DNA of 63,877 bases, counting the filler, from Octopus bimaculoides (lineage: Eukaryota): assembly GCF_001194135.2 (NCBI RefSeq). It is 4 parts of 4 records of this genome, joined end to end, with 100 filler letters (N's around TTAATTAATTAA, not from the genome) between each part and the next. Parts side by side here need not be neighbours in the genome. Positions count along the whole stretch, not along the records: positions 27,059 to 51,918 come from NC_068990.1; 3 more parts are not named here. One strand, 5' to 3'. The stretch's first letter is position 1, and each line of letters begins with the position of its first letter. Below, one piece after another: positions 27,259 through 38,319 of the stretch. Both the position numbers and the translations under genes were made by a program. The notes beneath the pieces were generated by a model. The model had not been told where the DNA came from. It saw only the letters and a list, made by a program, of their open reading frames with translations, and made no database searches.

Positions 27259-27786
27259 GGTGTATGTTTGGACAGGGAAAAGCAATATGCTACACAAATT
27301 GTCTGAAGTGAAGACTGTAAATAAAACTATACATTACTATATTTCATTCAGTGCTGCTTAATGCACCTTTAATTTATGAATATAGTATACAGGAGTTGAT
27401 TTAACTGACCATGACCCCAGTCACTGTCTTCTGTTGTAGCTTAAGGTTAACTTGAGCCTTATTTGTGGAACTGTGTAAATGGAAATAGGAGAAGCTCATC
27501 AGTCGAACTGTGCATGTATTTCAGAGATGCAGCCTTGTCTCTCTCTCTCTCTCTCTCTCTCTGTATGTGAATATTCAGCCACTTACACAATAGGTAGATC
27601 CATTGACCAAGCATTTTAACATTCCATTATTGAAACCAACAAGGACTTCCATCATATATACACATCATTTAACTTGGGGCTTATGTCTTATTCAAGACAA
27701 TAAAATCATTGAATGTACTTCTTCATTGGCAGCAATTCGTGCTCTCCTGTTGTACTCTAAATTACTTACACTCTTGTTTTTCACAG

Positions 27787-27967
27787 GAGGACGTGTCTGA
27801 AGAGACAATTGCCCGTCGAACTCGTTCTAAACTACCTTTGCATGACACGTCTCTGACTGAATTAGAGGCTCATTTTGTAGCCCCTGACATTACTGAAGAT
27901 ATGTATGACACAGAGTGCAATGATAAAGATTGGAAAGACTTTTTAAAATCACTCACCAAAAGCCAAG
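27787..27967 (+). CDS. GON4L: GON4L-like exon A (181 nt, phase 0 to 1)
   Basis: tcacag|EDVSEETIARRTRSKLPLHDTSLTELEAHFVAPDITEDMYDTECNDKDWKDFLKSLTKSQ|gtcagt. Confidence 0.92.
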
Positions 27968-28221
27968 GTCAGTCAATTAATCTCTGTATTTGTTTTCTTT
28001 CATTTACTCTTCACTACATTCTCTTTCCTTTTCATTCTTTCTTTCTTCATATCATCATCTTTCCTTCTCTTTCTTTTTTACAGTGGTTCCTCTCCCACTT
28101 TAATCACATTCTTTTTTACCCTTATTCTACCTTTCTATTTTTCTGCCTTCATTCATATTTTTTCCTTTTATAATCTCTTTCTCTCTCTGCCATTCTTTCT
28201 CACTTTGGTTCATCATTACAG

Positions 28222-28350
28222 ATGTAGAAGACCCTAGTGAAGCCCTCGATGATGATGCCAACGACCCAGAATATAACTACTTAGCTGAAGCTGAGAATGA
28301 ACTGCCAGATGATGAAGACTTTAGAAATGACCGGTTGGTGCGTGTGTCAA
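28222..28350 (+). CDS. GON4L: GON4L-like exon B (129 nt, phase 1 to 1)
   Basis: ttacag|(D)VEDPSEALDDDANDPEYNYLAEAENELPDDEDFRNDRLVRVS|gtgagt. Confidence 0.92.
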
Positions 28351-28364
28351 GTGAGTTATCTTAA

Positions 28365-28925
28365 CCCTTTTGATACTAACCTGGCCGCAGGCAGCTGGAA
28401 AACTTTTTGGTTCAAACAACCAACCTGGCTGTCGCCGGCCAAGCGTATCCATTGTTATTTAAATGTGAATTTGAACTCAAATCTCATTAGTACATTTGTG
28501 AAAACGTGATTTCATTTTGTAAATAGTTGTGTTATAGTATCTGACATTGTCTGACATGATATCTGAACTCAGTGAATTTTGAGAGATTTTTTTCCACATT
28601 TTTTCTGCGTCGATTTTTTCAACTTTGAAAATGAATAAGAGTTTCATGCTATCAAGCAGTGAATCCGAATTTGAGGGTTTTCCAATGGAAGATATGGAGA
28701 AATTGAGAAAAAGAATCAGTGAAGTACAAAAGCACATGGTGTATGAGATTGAATCAGATATTTCTGTATCTGAAACTGAAAGTGACGATAGTGACAGTGA
28801 GGACGATTTTACACCTGAATGGAGTAATAAGTTAGAAAATATTTTTATTAACACTTTTTCTGAGGAGACAGGGTCTACTCATAGTCTTTCTCAAGAACCA
28901 AAACTGTTAGACTTTTTGTTCCTGT
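28365..28925 (+). mobile_element. Truncated piggyBac-like transposon: left end plus transposase N-terminus
   Basis: TTAA (28361-28364) followed by CCCTTT terminus; ORF from ATG 28631: SSSESEFEGF...IESDISVSETESDDSDSED...WSNKLENIFINTFSEETGSTHSL...LLDFLFL, the acidic and W..F..GP..P.DFF-like pattern of piggyBac N-termini. No DDD core or right end seen. Confidence 0.7.
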
Positions 28926-28959
28926 CCCTCTATCATACTTTCATATTTCTCAGTACTAT

Positions 28960-29400
28960 ACTCTCCTCATGGGTTTTATTTTGTCTTGTGATTATTTGGT
29001 GCCATGAAAAGAAGTACTCAGTACACTCAGTAAAGTGGTTGGTGTTAAAGGCATCCAGCTGTAGGCATCATACTAAAGCAGTTATTGGAGCTTGGCACAG
29101 CTCTCTCGCTCATTAGTTCATGCTGAACTGTCCAACACATGTCAGTATGGAAAAAGAGATACTAACCCTTTAGCATTTAAACTGACTGTATCCAACCTAA
29201 TATTTTACTTCCTTTATGTTCAAAACAAGCCAGATCCAGCTCCTTACACCTATCCCACAATATTCCCAAAGTAAAGAATCACATCACAAATTTCACAGCT
29301 ATCAGATAATGCATAATTAATTCTAAATAGTGTGAATAAATAAGCATTACATTTGATAGTAAAATCTGAATACTAAAGAGTTAAAGGAAGGTGATGATAT
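28960..29400 (+). mobile_element. Degenerate family-B (RTE-type) 3' end, interrupted by a MITE
   Basis: CACTCAGTAAAGTGGTTGGTGTTAAAGGCATCCAGCTGTAG...CATGTCAGTATGGAAAAAGAGATACTAA, then MITE, then TTAAAGGAAGGTGATGAT. Confidence 0.65.
29166..29380. mobile_element. piggyBac-type MITE (TTAA target), copy 1
   Basis: CTAA|CCCTTTAGCATT ... AATACTAAAGAG|TTAA imperfect TIRs; internally homologous to 45792-45999. Confidence 0.75.
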
Positions 29401-29520
29401 GAAAAATTAGAAAAGTAATACAGGTTGTTCTTGTAACACAAACTATTTTTGGCTGGTATCATTATACCTAAGTTTTTTTACTTTTGACTGTTTTACAAGT
29501 TGTGTTGTTTTTCCTTTCAG

Positions 29521-29611
29521 AGAAAGAGTTGCATGGTCTGTTGGATGAATTGTTTAATGAGGATGCAAATGAAGAAGAAGAAACTATGTTACAACCAAAT
29601 ATTTTGACTGG
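29521..29611 (+). CDS. GON4L: GON4L-like exon C (91 nt, phase 1 to 2)
   Basis: tttcag|(K)KELHGLLDELFNEDANEEEETMLQPNILT(G)|gtttgt. Confidence 0.88.
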
Positions 29612-30960
29612 GTTTGTTGTATTAATTTGTTTTTTACAATTCACAGATTCCTATTTTTGTGTAAATAAGGTTGCCATCTCGTGTTGAAATATCAATCAAT
29701 CTCTTTCTCCAAATTGGGCGAGCTTCTCACTCAAAAGTATATGTTGAACATATATTTCAATGAAACTGAAGTGGTTGAGAACAATCATAAACACTGAGAG
29801 TTTATTGAATCTATATGTACTGTATTTGATGGCATATAAGATACGTTTTTTCCTCAAAAAACTCACCCTGGGTCCTATATACAGTCTGGTTTATATTACT
29901 TGCTTTAATGCATTAAAAACTTTTTTTCTCTGGCTATGTGCTGTTGAAATTTGGCTGCATTTAATTTGGCCATACATCTTTTATGCCATCAGATACAGTA
30001 TTACTGGGGAAGAATGAGCTCCTTTTCTGTTTTTGCTACTTTTCTCTGTATGCAACAAACATTTTTTAAATTGGATTAAATCTCTGAAAATACTTGAATA
30101 GAGCAAGTATGGGAAAGTAGTGACTCTAGAGCAAGTATATATAAGTAGAGACACTAGAAAATTTTTGGGTAGATAGCTTTCAAAAAACATGGGTGTCTTT
30201 GGCAGACATAAACAAGCAGAACTTCAGATGTGTTAAATGGTTAAAAGTAGTTAACAATAGAGATAGCTATGAAATGTGGTAGAGCTCAGATGACTCACAA
30301 GAATTAGTCAATAGTTTCTGCTACCCACGTTATTTAAATAGAACTGCATTGATTGTTCCAGTAGTAAGGAATGAACTGCAAAAAGTTTCTTTGTGAAAAA
30401 GGCAGTTATATGAAGCTTGTGCCCAAAATGTAATGTTGAATGGTAGTGAGATACAGGCATCAAGTATGGGAGATGTGCAGAAACTAAGGTAAAATGAATT
30501 AAATATGATCTGTTAAAAGTGTAACACTACTTTGTATGAGAGGTAGTTGGGTATTAAATGAATTTTAAGTGTGCAAGAGAAATGCCAGTTTACAGATGTA
30601 CTGGCAATAGAAATGCTGTGATGATAGAGATTTGTTTGACCAAAGAAGCATGGAGTGAGATAGTGAGGTCAGACTCCAAAAATGAAATGATACAAAATTG
30701 CAGTGATTGGTAATTTTGGAGATCTGTCCAACTCTGCCAATATGAAAAAGGGGACATTAAAACAAATTCCATTCTTACTTTACAGTTGAATGGTTCATGG
30801 TAGGCAAGGAAATTTACTGTAAAAAGCAATTGTTTCTACAAATAAATCCCCTCCACCTGTGTAAGCATGTATAAATGGGTGTGAAACAGTAAAACTATGG
30901 GGTAGGATAGCTTTGCCAATGTAATTTTTGAGATATGTTTACATTCATCTTTCCATTGAT

Positions 30961-31298
30961 CAGTGGTTCTTAAACATTTTTAACCTATGGATTCCTTTGA
31001 TTACTATTTTATTCTAGTGGATCTCCATAACCATTTGATGTTTTAAATACTAGTTTTATAGATAAATCCTTTAAAATTCCTATTTTGTTTTTCACATGTT
31101 CTCATGTTCACCCAGCAAGAAACATGTTGGACTATGTTAAACATTAGAGAAAAAAAAAACCTAGCTGTTTCTTGCAATAAATACATCTAAAGCAAATTTT
31201 TCTATGAATCCTTAAAATGATACTGTGGAGCTCCAAATTACTATTTTGCTTGTGTAGACCCCCAAAAAAATCTTACGGACCCTGGTTGAGAACCATTG
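30961..31298. mobile_element. hAT/Charlie-like MITE
   Basis: TIRs CAGTGGTTCTTAAAC ... GGTTGAGAACCATTG; no intact 8-bp TSD. Confidence 0.7.
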
Positions 31299-31777
31299 GA
31301 ATAGGTGTTTGGATGATGTCACTTCATAGGTTGGTAAAATGTCTTCTGCTCCAGGTAGTATATGACAATATCAGTGATCTAAAGGGGAGTAGATAGACAA
31401 GACAAAATCACCTCAACTATCCAGTTGTTGCCTACAACTCAGTGTGACTAATTATAAATGGGTTTTGTGAAGGTCTAATGCTCAGACATTGGTGTAACTT
31501 AATTCATATCTTCGTTTAATATTACCACCACCACCACCACCCCATGGTCCTTGGATGCCCTGAGAGGAGTCCTTTCTTTTGTAAGTACTTGGATCCAGGT
31601 CTCTAGTTCGAAAATATCTCCTTCCTCTTCCCCTCTCAGCTCCCACTAGTCTTGATCGGCCTGTAAAGTATTATAATCACTGTCCTTCCCTCCTGGCTAA
31701 TAGATTAAAGAATAACATCTTGGAAATACAATCTTGATCCTGTTGGTTTATTGTGTTTTTATTTTTTTTTATTTCAG

Positions 31778-31868
31778 GACTGATATTTGTAAATTTGGTC
31801 AACCATCAAATGTAGATATTACTGTCACACCTGAGCAGACTTTGATTATTGCGGAACATGTGAAACAG
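31778..31868 (+). CDS. GON4L: GON4L-like exon D (91 nt, phase 2 to 0)
   Basis: tttcag|(G)TDICKFGQPSNVDITVTPEQTLIIAEHVKQ|gtacat. Confidence 0.88.
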
Positions 31869-31951
31869 GTACATACCCAACAAATATTTTATTGTGATAG
31901 GTTGCTATATTGTGAATCTGATTCTTCCCCAACACAATATTAAATCGAGAC

Positions 31952-31980
<29 letters not shown>

Positions 31981-31982
<2 letters not shown>

Positions 31983-32125
31983 CATCATCATCATCATCGT
32001 TTAACGTCCGCTTTCCATGCTAGCATGGGTTGGACGACTTGACTGAGAACTGGTGAAACCAGATGGCAACACCAGGCTCCAATCTAAATTTGGCAGAGTT
32101 TCTACAGCTGGATGCCCTTCCTAAC

Positions 32126-32128
<3 letters not shown>
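31981..32128 (-). mobile_element. Family-B (RTE-type) 3' end inside an (AT)n tract
   Basis: (ATC)n GTTTAACGTCCGCTTTCCATGCTAGCATGGGTTGGACG...GGATGCCCTTCCTAACGCC, with (AT)n on both sides. Confidence 0.9.
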
Positions 32129-32171
<43 letters not shown>

Positions 32172-32519
32172 CATAAAAAAAAAATGTCAGTTTTATAAGG
32201 TCCTTTACTCAACCATCACATTTATATTCTGATCCCGGTTCCTTCTGAGTGTACTTGGCATTTTGCCACACTCTCTATCCTGCTGTCTCCCACTCACTCT
32301 CTCCTTCTCTTGTACTTCCCTCAGGTTGGGTAATCATGTATTTACTTTGCAGTAGTGTACTTGTTTCTGTCTTCATTCCTGATCTCTCTCTCTGGCCAGG
32401 TAACCTTGTACTTCCTCTACAGCAAGACACCTGTATCTGTCTCACTATAACTTTTTCATCACACAACACAAGATCACCTCCTCCAATGCCTTCTCCCCTC
32501 TTGAAAGTTTCATTTCTTT

Positions 32520-32873
32520 GTCTTGCAAGTACTTGGTGACCTTGTCAGTGCAGGTGCTACTTAAAGGCACCCAGTCCATACTGTAAAGTGGTTGCTGTTA
32601 GTAAAGGCATCCAGCTGTAAAAACCTTGCCAAAAATGAACTCGCCTGTGCTTGTGCCATGTAAAAAGCACTACTCACCTCGCCTGTGCTTGTGCCACATG
32701 AAAAGCACTAAGCCCACTCTGCTGAGTGGTTGGTGTTAGGAAGGGCATCCAGCTGTAAAAATCCCGCCGAAACAGTTGCAGAAGCTTGGTGCTGGATTCT
32801 GCCTGGCCAGCTCTTGTGAAACTGTCCCACCCATGCTAGCGTGGAAGGTGGACATTAAACGATGATGATGATG
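32520..32873 (+). mobile_element. Family-B 3' ends (tandem or nested copies)
   Basis: Two GTGGTTG.TGTTAG.AA.GGCATCCAGCTGTAAAA motifs; ends CATTAAAC(GAT)n. Confidence 0.8.
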
Positions 32874-33598
32874 AATCATTTCACCCTCTCTTACATACTC
32901 TTGAAACCTTAACTCGCCTACCCTTCCTGCTTTCCTGTCCTCACTCACTTCTACTCACCTCTATTTTGAGGATCCATCCTGACATCTTCACTGTTATTAT
33001 CTCTTCTTAACTTCACCCTGGTCATCATCACTCTCTCTTGTAAAATATGAGTAGCCTTGTAGCATCTCTACAGTAAGAAACCTTTTCTGTCTTGGACCCT
33101 TCTTTCATACTCTGATTCCTTATCTCATAGCATAAAGCCAACTCTTTATCTACTGTAGCCCTACTCAACTGAAGGGGATCTTAGTCTTGCTGGTTTGCAT
33201 GACAACCTCATAAATGCTGATGTCATAACTCAGTACACTCTGTCAAGTGGCTGGAATTAAGAAGGGCATTCAGCCATAGAAACCATTCCAAAGTAGACAG
33301 TGGAGCACAATGCAGTCCTTAGATCTTGTCAGACCATCCAACCCATTCTGCCAGCAGGGAACATAGAATTGAATGGTATAATGATTATAGCAGTTATTGT
33401 CACCTGTATCAGGTGATTATCTTGAATAGTCCAACTATTTTAGAAACAGGTATTTGATCACTGATCCTGTTTATTTGATCTTGAGTGAAATATCTAATGG
33501 CTTATTAATTGATACATTTAATTCTACCCATGTTAATTACAGAAGTTGGTTTAAACTGATACATTTGTACATTATTATTATTGATAACATATCTGTCT

Positions 33599-33752
33599 TT
33601 ATGTTCTGAGTTCAGATTCTGCTGAGGTTGACTTTGCCTTTCATCCTTTCAGGGTTGATAAAATAAGAACGAGTTGAACACTAGGGTTGATGTAATCAAC
33701 TTACTCCCTCTCCATAACTTGCTGACCTTGTGCCCAAATTTGAAACCAATAT
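33599..33752 (+). mobile_element. SINE family C, CpG-depleted copy
   Basis: GTTCAGATTCTGCTGAGGTTGACTTTGCCTTTCATCCTTTCAGGGTTGATAAAATAAG versus CpG-rich copies at 16.1 kb and 62.2 kb. Confidence 0.8.
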
Positions 33753-34309
33753 TAACAACATATGGTGATTTAAAAAGATGTATTAGAATGTATATAGACA
33801 TGGTTTATTCATACTGATATATTGAATTGTTCATTGATTTAAACTGATACAGTGAATCATACATATACCATATGTGGTGATTTAAACAAAAAGTAGTATA
33901 AAGAAAGAACAGCATCAGTATCCACCTATATCTCTGTAATTGCTCAATTTGCTAGAAATAGCAGCCAAATCTCCCTCATCTTACACTCTTCTATCTTAAA
34001 AATGGAAAAACACATTGGGCAATTTAATACTTGTGTTATATGCAAAAGGCATGATGGCCTCAGTTGGAATACTTTGACTCCAGGTTTGCTCAATCAGGGC
34101 AGACCTGAAATTAAATAATAACAAAGCCCCTCATTAAAAAGCTAACAGAAAAAAAAACAACAACAAATGTCCCCTTACTGATAATATCATTACATGATTC
34201 TCATTGCCTCATTTCTAAATATTTTACTGTTTCTGGTGCCTTGCTGTACTCAAGAAGATGACTCATCCTCCCACAGCAAAAGTTTTAAGGCCGCTTCCCC
34301 TGATGAATA

Positions 34310-34570
34310 GGATTGGTCTGCAAGAGCCTTGTATCAGTGCCACATAAAAAGCACTTGTGTTGGCACCATGTTAAAGCGCTTGTGTTGGTGCCAGTTTAAA
34401 AGCACCCAGCACACACACTATAAAGTGGTTGGTGTTAGGAAGGGCATTCAGCTGTAGAAACCAAGCCAAATCAGACTGGACCCTGGTGAGGCTTTTCTGC
34501 TTGCCAGCTCTGGTCAAACCATCCAACTCATGCTAGCATGGAAAAACAGATGTTAAAGGATGATGGTGAT
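34310..34570 (+). mobile_element. Family-B 3' end
   Basis: AAAGTGGTTGGTGTTAGGAAGGGCATTCAGCTGTAGAAAC...CATGCTAGCATGGAAAAACAGATGTTAAAGGATGATG. Confidence 0.8.
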
Positions 34571-34832
34571 ATTTGATAGCATAACAGACAAATGGGCATA
34601 TTAGATGCATCCCAATTTCAGCAGTACATATTTAGGGAAAAAGTTTTTAGTGTATTAAAGCATGTAATATGTTGGGTGATTTTCTTTTTCTGACATTTTT
34701 TAGGAAAACAAGTGTGTCTTATGTGCCATCAAAGTTTTACAGAACTTATATGTGTTATAAAAGTTTTTACAAAATTTATAGCCATATGTTTGTTAATCAA
34801 TAATTTTAATTTCTTTTTTCATTTCGTTTCAG

Positions 34833-34919
34833 CACACCCAACTTCTTTGTCAGCTGGCACTGTTAACCCATGGCCAAGAGGATTATATTAATGAAAGCAA
34901 TCAATGCATTAAATTTTTG
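34833..34919 (+). CDS. GON4L: GON4L-like exon E (87 nt, phase 0 to 0)
   Basis: tttcag|HTQLLCQLALLTHGQEDYINESNQCIKFL|gtaagt. Confidence 0.92.
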
Positions 34920-35089
34920 GTAAGTTTATTTCACTGTTTTGCTAAATGGCAGACCCGTCTGGAATCTCTGTGAATGGCTTCCAACTGCTTCTTAATAAGT
35001 ATGCCTTTCTGTTTCTCAGAAATTATGCTTATCCTGCAAGAATATAAATGTTCTTCTTTATAATTATTTACTGACTACAAGTAGTCATC

Positions 35090-35480
35090 ATAATTATTAT
35101 CATTTAGCATCTACTTTTCCATGTTGAGGCAGATTTTCTATGGCTGGATGCCCTTCCTTTTCCCAATTCACATCTGTTTCAGGCAAGTAATATTTCTCAT
35201 GGTCAGACATGTTTTTTATGGAAAACTGGAAATGAATGCCATAGCTTGTATGACAGTGAAGCTCATTTATAACTGTTATGCATTGTCAAGGTGAGGGTAC
35301 ATACATTTACATATATGACTGGCTTCTTTCAGTTTTTGTTACCAAGTCCACTCACAAGGCTGTGGCTGGCCCAGGGCTATAGTAGAAAACACTCGGTCAA
35401 GGTGACATGCAATGGGACTGAATCCAAGACCACATAGTTGAGAAGCAAACTACTCAATCACACAATCATGCCTGCAGTAG
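35090..35480 (-). mobile_element. Composite SINE: family-A head and core, different middle, family-B (RTE-type) tail
   Basis: Minus strand: GCAGGCATGATTGTGTG head, ...CTATAGCCCTGGGCCAGCCACAGCCTTGTGAGTGGACTTGGTAAC core, then AGGAAGGGCATCCAGCCATAGAAAATCTGCCTCAACATGGAAAAGTAGATGCTAAATGATAA tail. Confidence 0.7.
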
Positions 35481-36118
35481 TGGCTGACATAATTACAGTA
35501 CTTAAAACTTAAGATCTTTTTCCATAATTAATGAAATATAACTGTTACCACAATGTACTTGTCTATAGTAAAGAATTATTAATCTATATCCAATATTTGG
35601 CCTAAATAATTAAATTTGTGACTTGCAGAGACTACTAGTCACTTGAAATGGCATCCAAATCTTCCTCAAATTACACAATATCATCTTAGGGAAAAAAGAA
35701 ACCTTTGGATAATTTATTCTTTGATACACTATGTTGGAAACAAGATAAAGATGGTTATGGCGAGAACACTTTTGATCAAAAACCTCCTTGATTAGGTTTA
35801 CACAGTTGCTGCTGCCAATCTATTACTTTAGTAGAGTATCAATATGTTTTTATTTATCTTTTCTTTGATTCTAATATATACTGGCTGAATATACCATCGT
35901 TGTGGGCAATTTTCACAATAGAATACCTTTATTTAATTTTTTTTGTTGCATGTCAGACCATGTCTTCTTCGATGGATAAGCCGATGATGAAGTTTTTGCT
36001 TTTCCCTTTGGTGCATAGATTAAAAATTTTTTCATAGCTTACTGTTGATGCTTTGTAAGGGTCTTTCCAACTCTGTTGCACTAATGAAATTCCTCTCACA
36101 CACACATACTCAGCATGA

Positions 36119-36177
<59 letters not shown>

Positions 36178-36285
36178 CTTGATCTCTAAAAATCATTGGC
36201 ATCAGTTTCTTTCTCCTTAATATTATTTTTACAATTGATTAGTAATCCAATCCATTTCTTTTCTTTTCATTTTTCTCATTTTCAG

Positions 36286-36424
36286 CAAGAATTAAAAATG
36301 TTTGGTAATCAGAGCCCAGCAAAGGACAAGTCAGTGTTTCTTGCTAGCAACTTGGAAGGATCCTTAAAAGTCCTAGAGGAATTTCAACCAAGTGTGACGA
36401 AGAAAAATTTTTGTAAAAGTAATG
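36286..36424 (+). CDS. GON4L: GON4L-like exon F (139 nt, phase 0 to 1)
   Basis: tttcag|QELKMFGNQSPAKDKSVFLASNLEGSLKVLEEFQPSVTKKNFCKSN|gtaaat. Confidence 0.9.
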
Positions 36425-37211
36425 GTAAATACAAAATTTGTGAATGTGTGTCTGGGTTTGTATTCTGGATTTGTTTGGATGTGGTAGTGTGGATATTAGT
36501 TTTAGTTAATTGTATAAATAAACATTGGTTTTGCATGCTTATATGTTGTGTAGCAGTTGGATATGTATTGATGCATCTATAACTTCAAATATATATATAG
36601 AATATGCTGTTAGAAGGTTATTTATGCGATATGGTCCCTAATTGGTTCATCTTCTTATATTAGAAATATAGAATTTGATAACCTCTTTACTGATGATATC
36701 TCAAGATAACAGAAAAATCTATATCTTTCATTGTGGTATTGTCTTTTAATATAGTTGGGATCAGTTGAATATTGTAATCATTCAATGGAAAATAAAACAA
36801 AATATATTTGGCTAATAATCCCTAGATGACAATAACATTAGATTTGGCAGAGTAACATTAAGATCTCTTAACGACATCTGTTGGTCTAATATATAGTCAT
36901 AGATTTAGAAATAAACAAAACAAATGACTTTGTCAAGGGGCTATCAAATTAATTCCTGAAATTTGTTGTGATATTAAACATTCACTTATATTATTATTAT
37001 TTAAAAGTTTGTCCAATATTTTAATGTCTAATATTTGGTTTATAATCAACATAAATATACATTGTGTTATCTGTGTTATTATTTCTGCTCACTTTTAATT
37101 TCCCTTGCTCAAACTTAACATTTAATCACTGAGAGACTCTTCACCCCTTCTAAGTAATTTATAAAAAACTTTTAAGAATTGCCCTAATGTTCTTTCAATT
37201 TCTGTTTGCAG

Positions 37212-37350
37212 GTTTATCTGAAGACCTAAAAAAGTTATTTGTGGCAAAGTCAGATATTTTCCTGTATTCGCCATTGTTGCCAATATGTGGCTTCACCCCT
37301 AAAGTTAAGCTCAGGAATCTTAAACTTACCTTTTCTCCTGCTCAAGACAA
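37212..37350 (+). CDS. GON4L: GON4L-like exon G (139 nt, phase 1 to 2)
   Basis: ttgcag|(G)LSEDLKKLFVAKSDIFLYSPLLPICGFTPKVKLRNLKLTFSPAQD(N)|gtaagt. Confidence 0.92.
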
Positions 37351-37789
37351 GTAAGTAGTGGTGATTTTAAATTTGTGTGTGCCTGTGGATTCTGATCTGA
37401 TGTTTGTGTATCTAATTAAACAAGCATGCATTGCTACAACGAGATATGTAAGAGTGAATATTCCTGAAACTCTAGTGCAAAGATTATAGAATGGTAATGG
37501 GTTTTCAGTGAGCTAAGTTCATGGTGCATTCATGTTCAAGTAATTCCTTACATGTCATTTCTTGTTAATGGTAGCAAAACAGTTACCATATTCCTTTTAT
37601 TCATTTTATAATATTTACATTTTGTTGTGTCTGGGGAGAGTCATTCTGTTTCAATGCCTTATTAATTAACACTCACCAGTTCAATTTCCACTCATTTACT
37701 TATTTATTTATTTTTGTTTTTCTAAAATTTTTGTTGCTTGTTGCAACCTCTTCAATAGTTGTTGATTCTGTCCATTATCGGAACTGCGT

Positions 37790-38210
37790 TCTTTATGTTT
37801 GTTTGTGTGCATCAATGTGCATGTGTATACACATGTATGTGTGTATGCATGTGTGTGTGTGTGTGTGTGTGTACACTTGTATGTATATATTCTGCATATT
37901 TATGTGTTTGTACATGTTTATGTGTGTGTGTGTGTGTGTGTGTGTGTACCCCTGTCTCCTTGTGTATGCATATTTGAGTGTGTCTATGTGTGACTGTATG
38001 TGTGTCTCCATATGTGTCTTTGTGTATGTGTGTGGAGTGTGCTTGTGTATATGGTCATGTGTTTCCATCTCCTTTTGTGTATGTATGTGTGTGCTTGTCT
38101 GTCCGTATTACCTATGTACCTGTTTATCTACTTATCTATCTTTTTATCTAGATATCCATTTACCTACCTATATATATTTGCCTACTAACAAATCTACCTG
38201 TGTATGTGTA
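37790..38210. repeat. (TG)n/(TATG)n low-complexity tract
   Basis: Seen directly. Confidence 0.85.
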
Positions 38211-38319
38211 ACTGTGGGTATTGGGGTATCACTACCTTCTACATGTATAACATTTATACTTCTCACTCTAATATTATACTGTTGCTTTTTGTTACTGCTG
38301 TAGTGATAGACATTAACAC

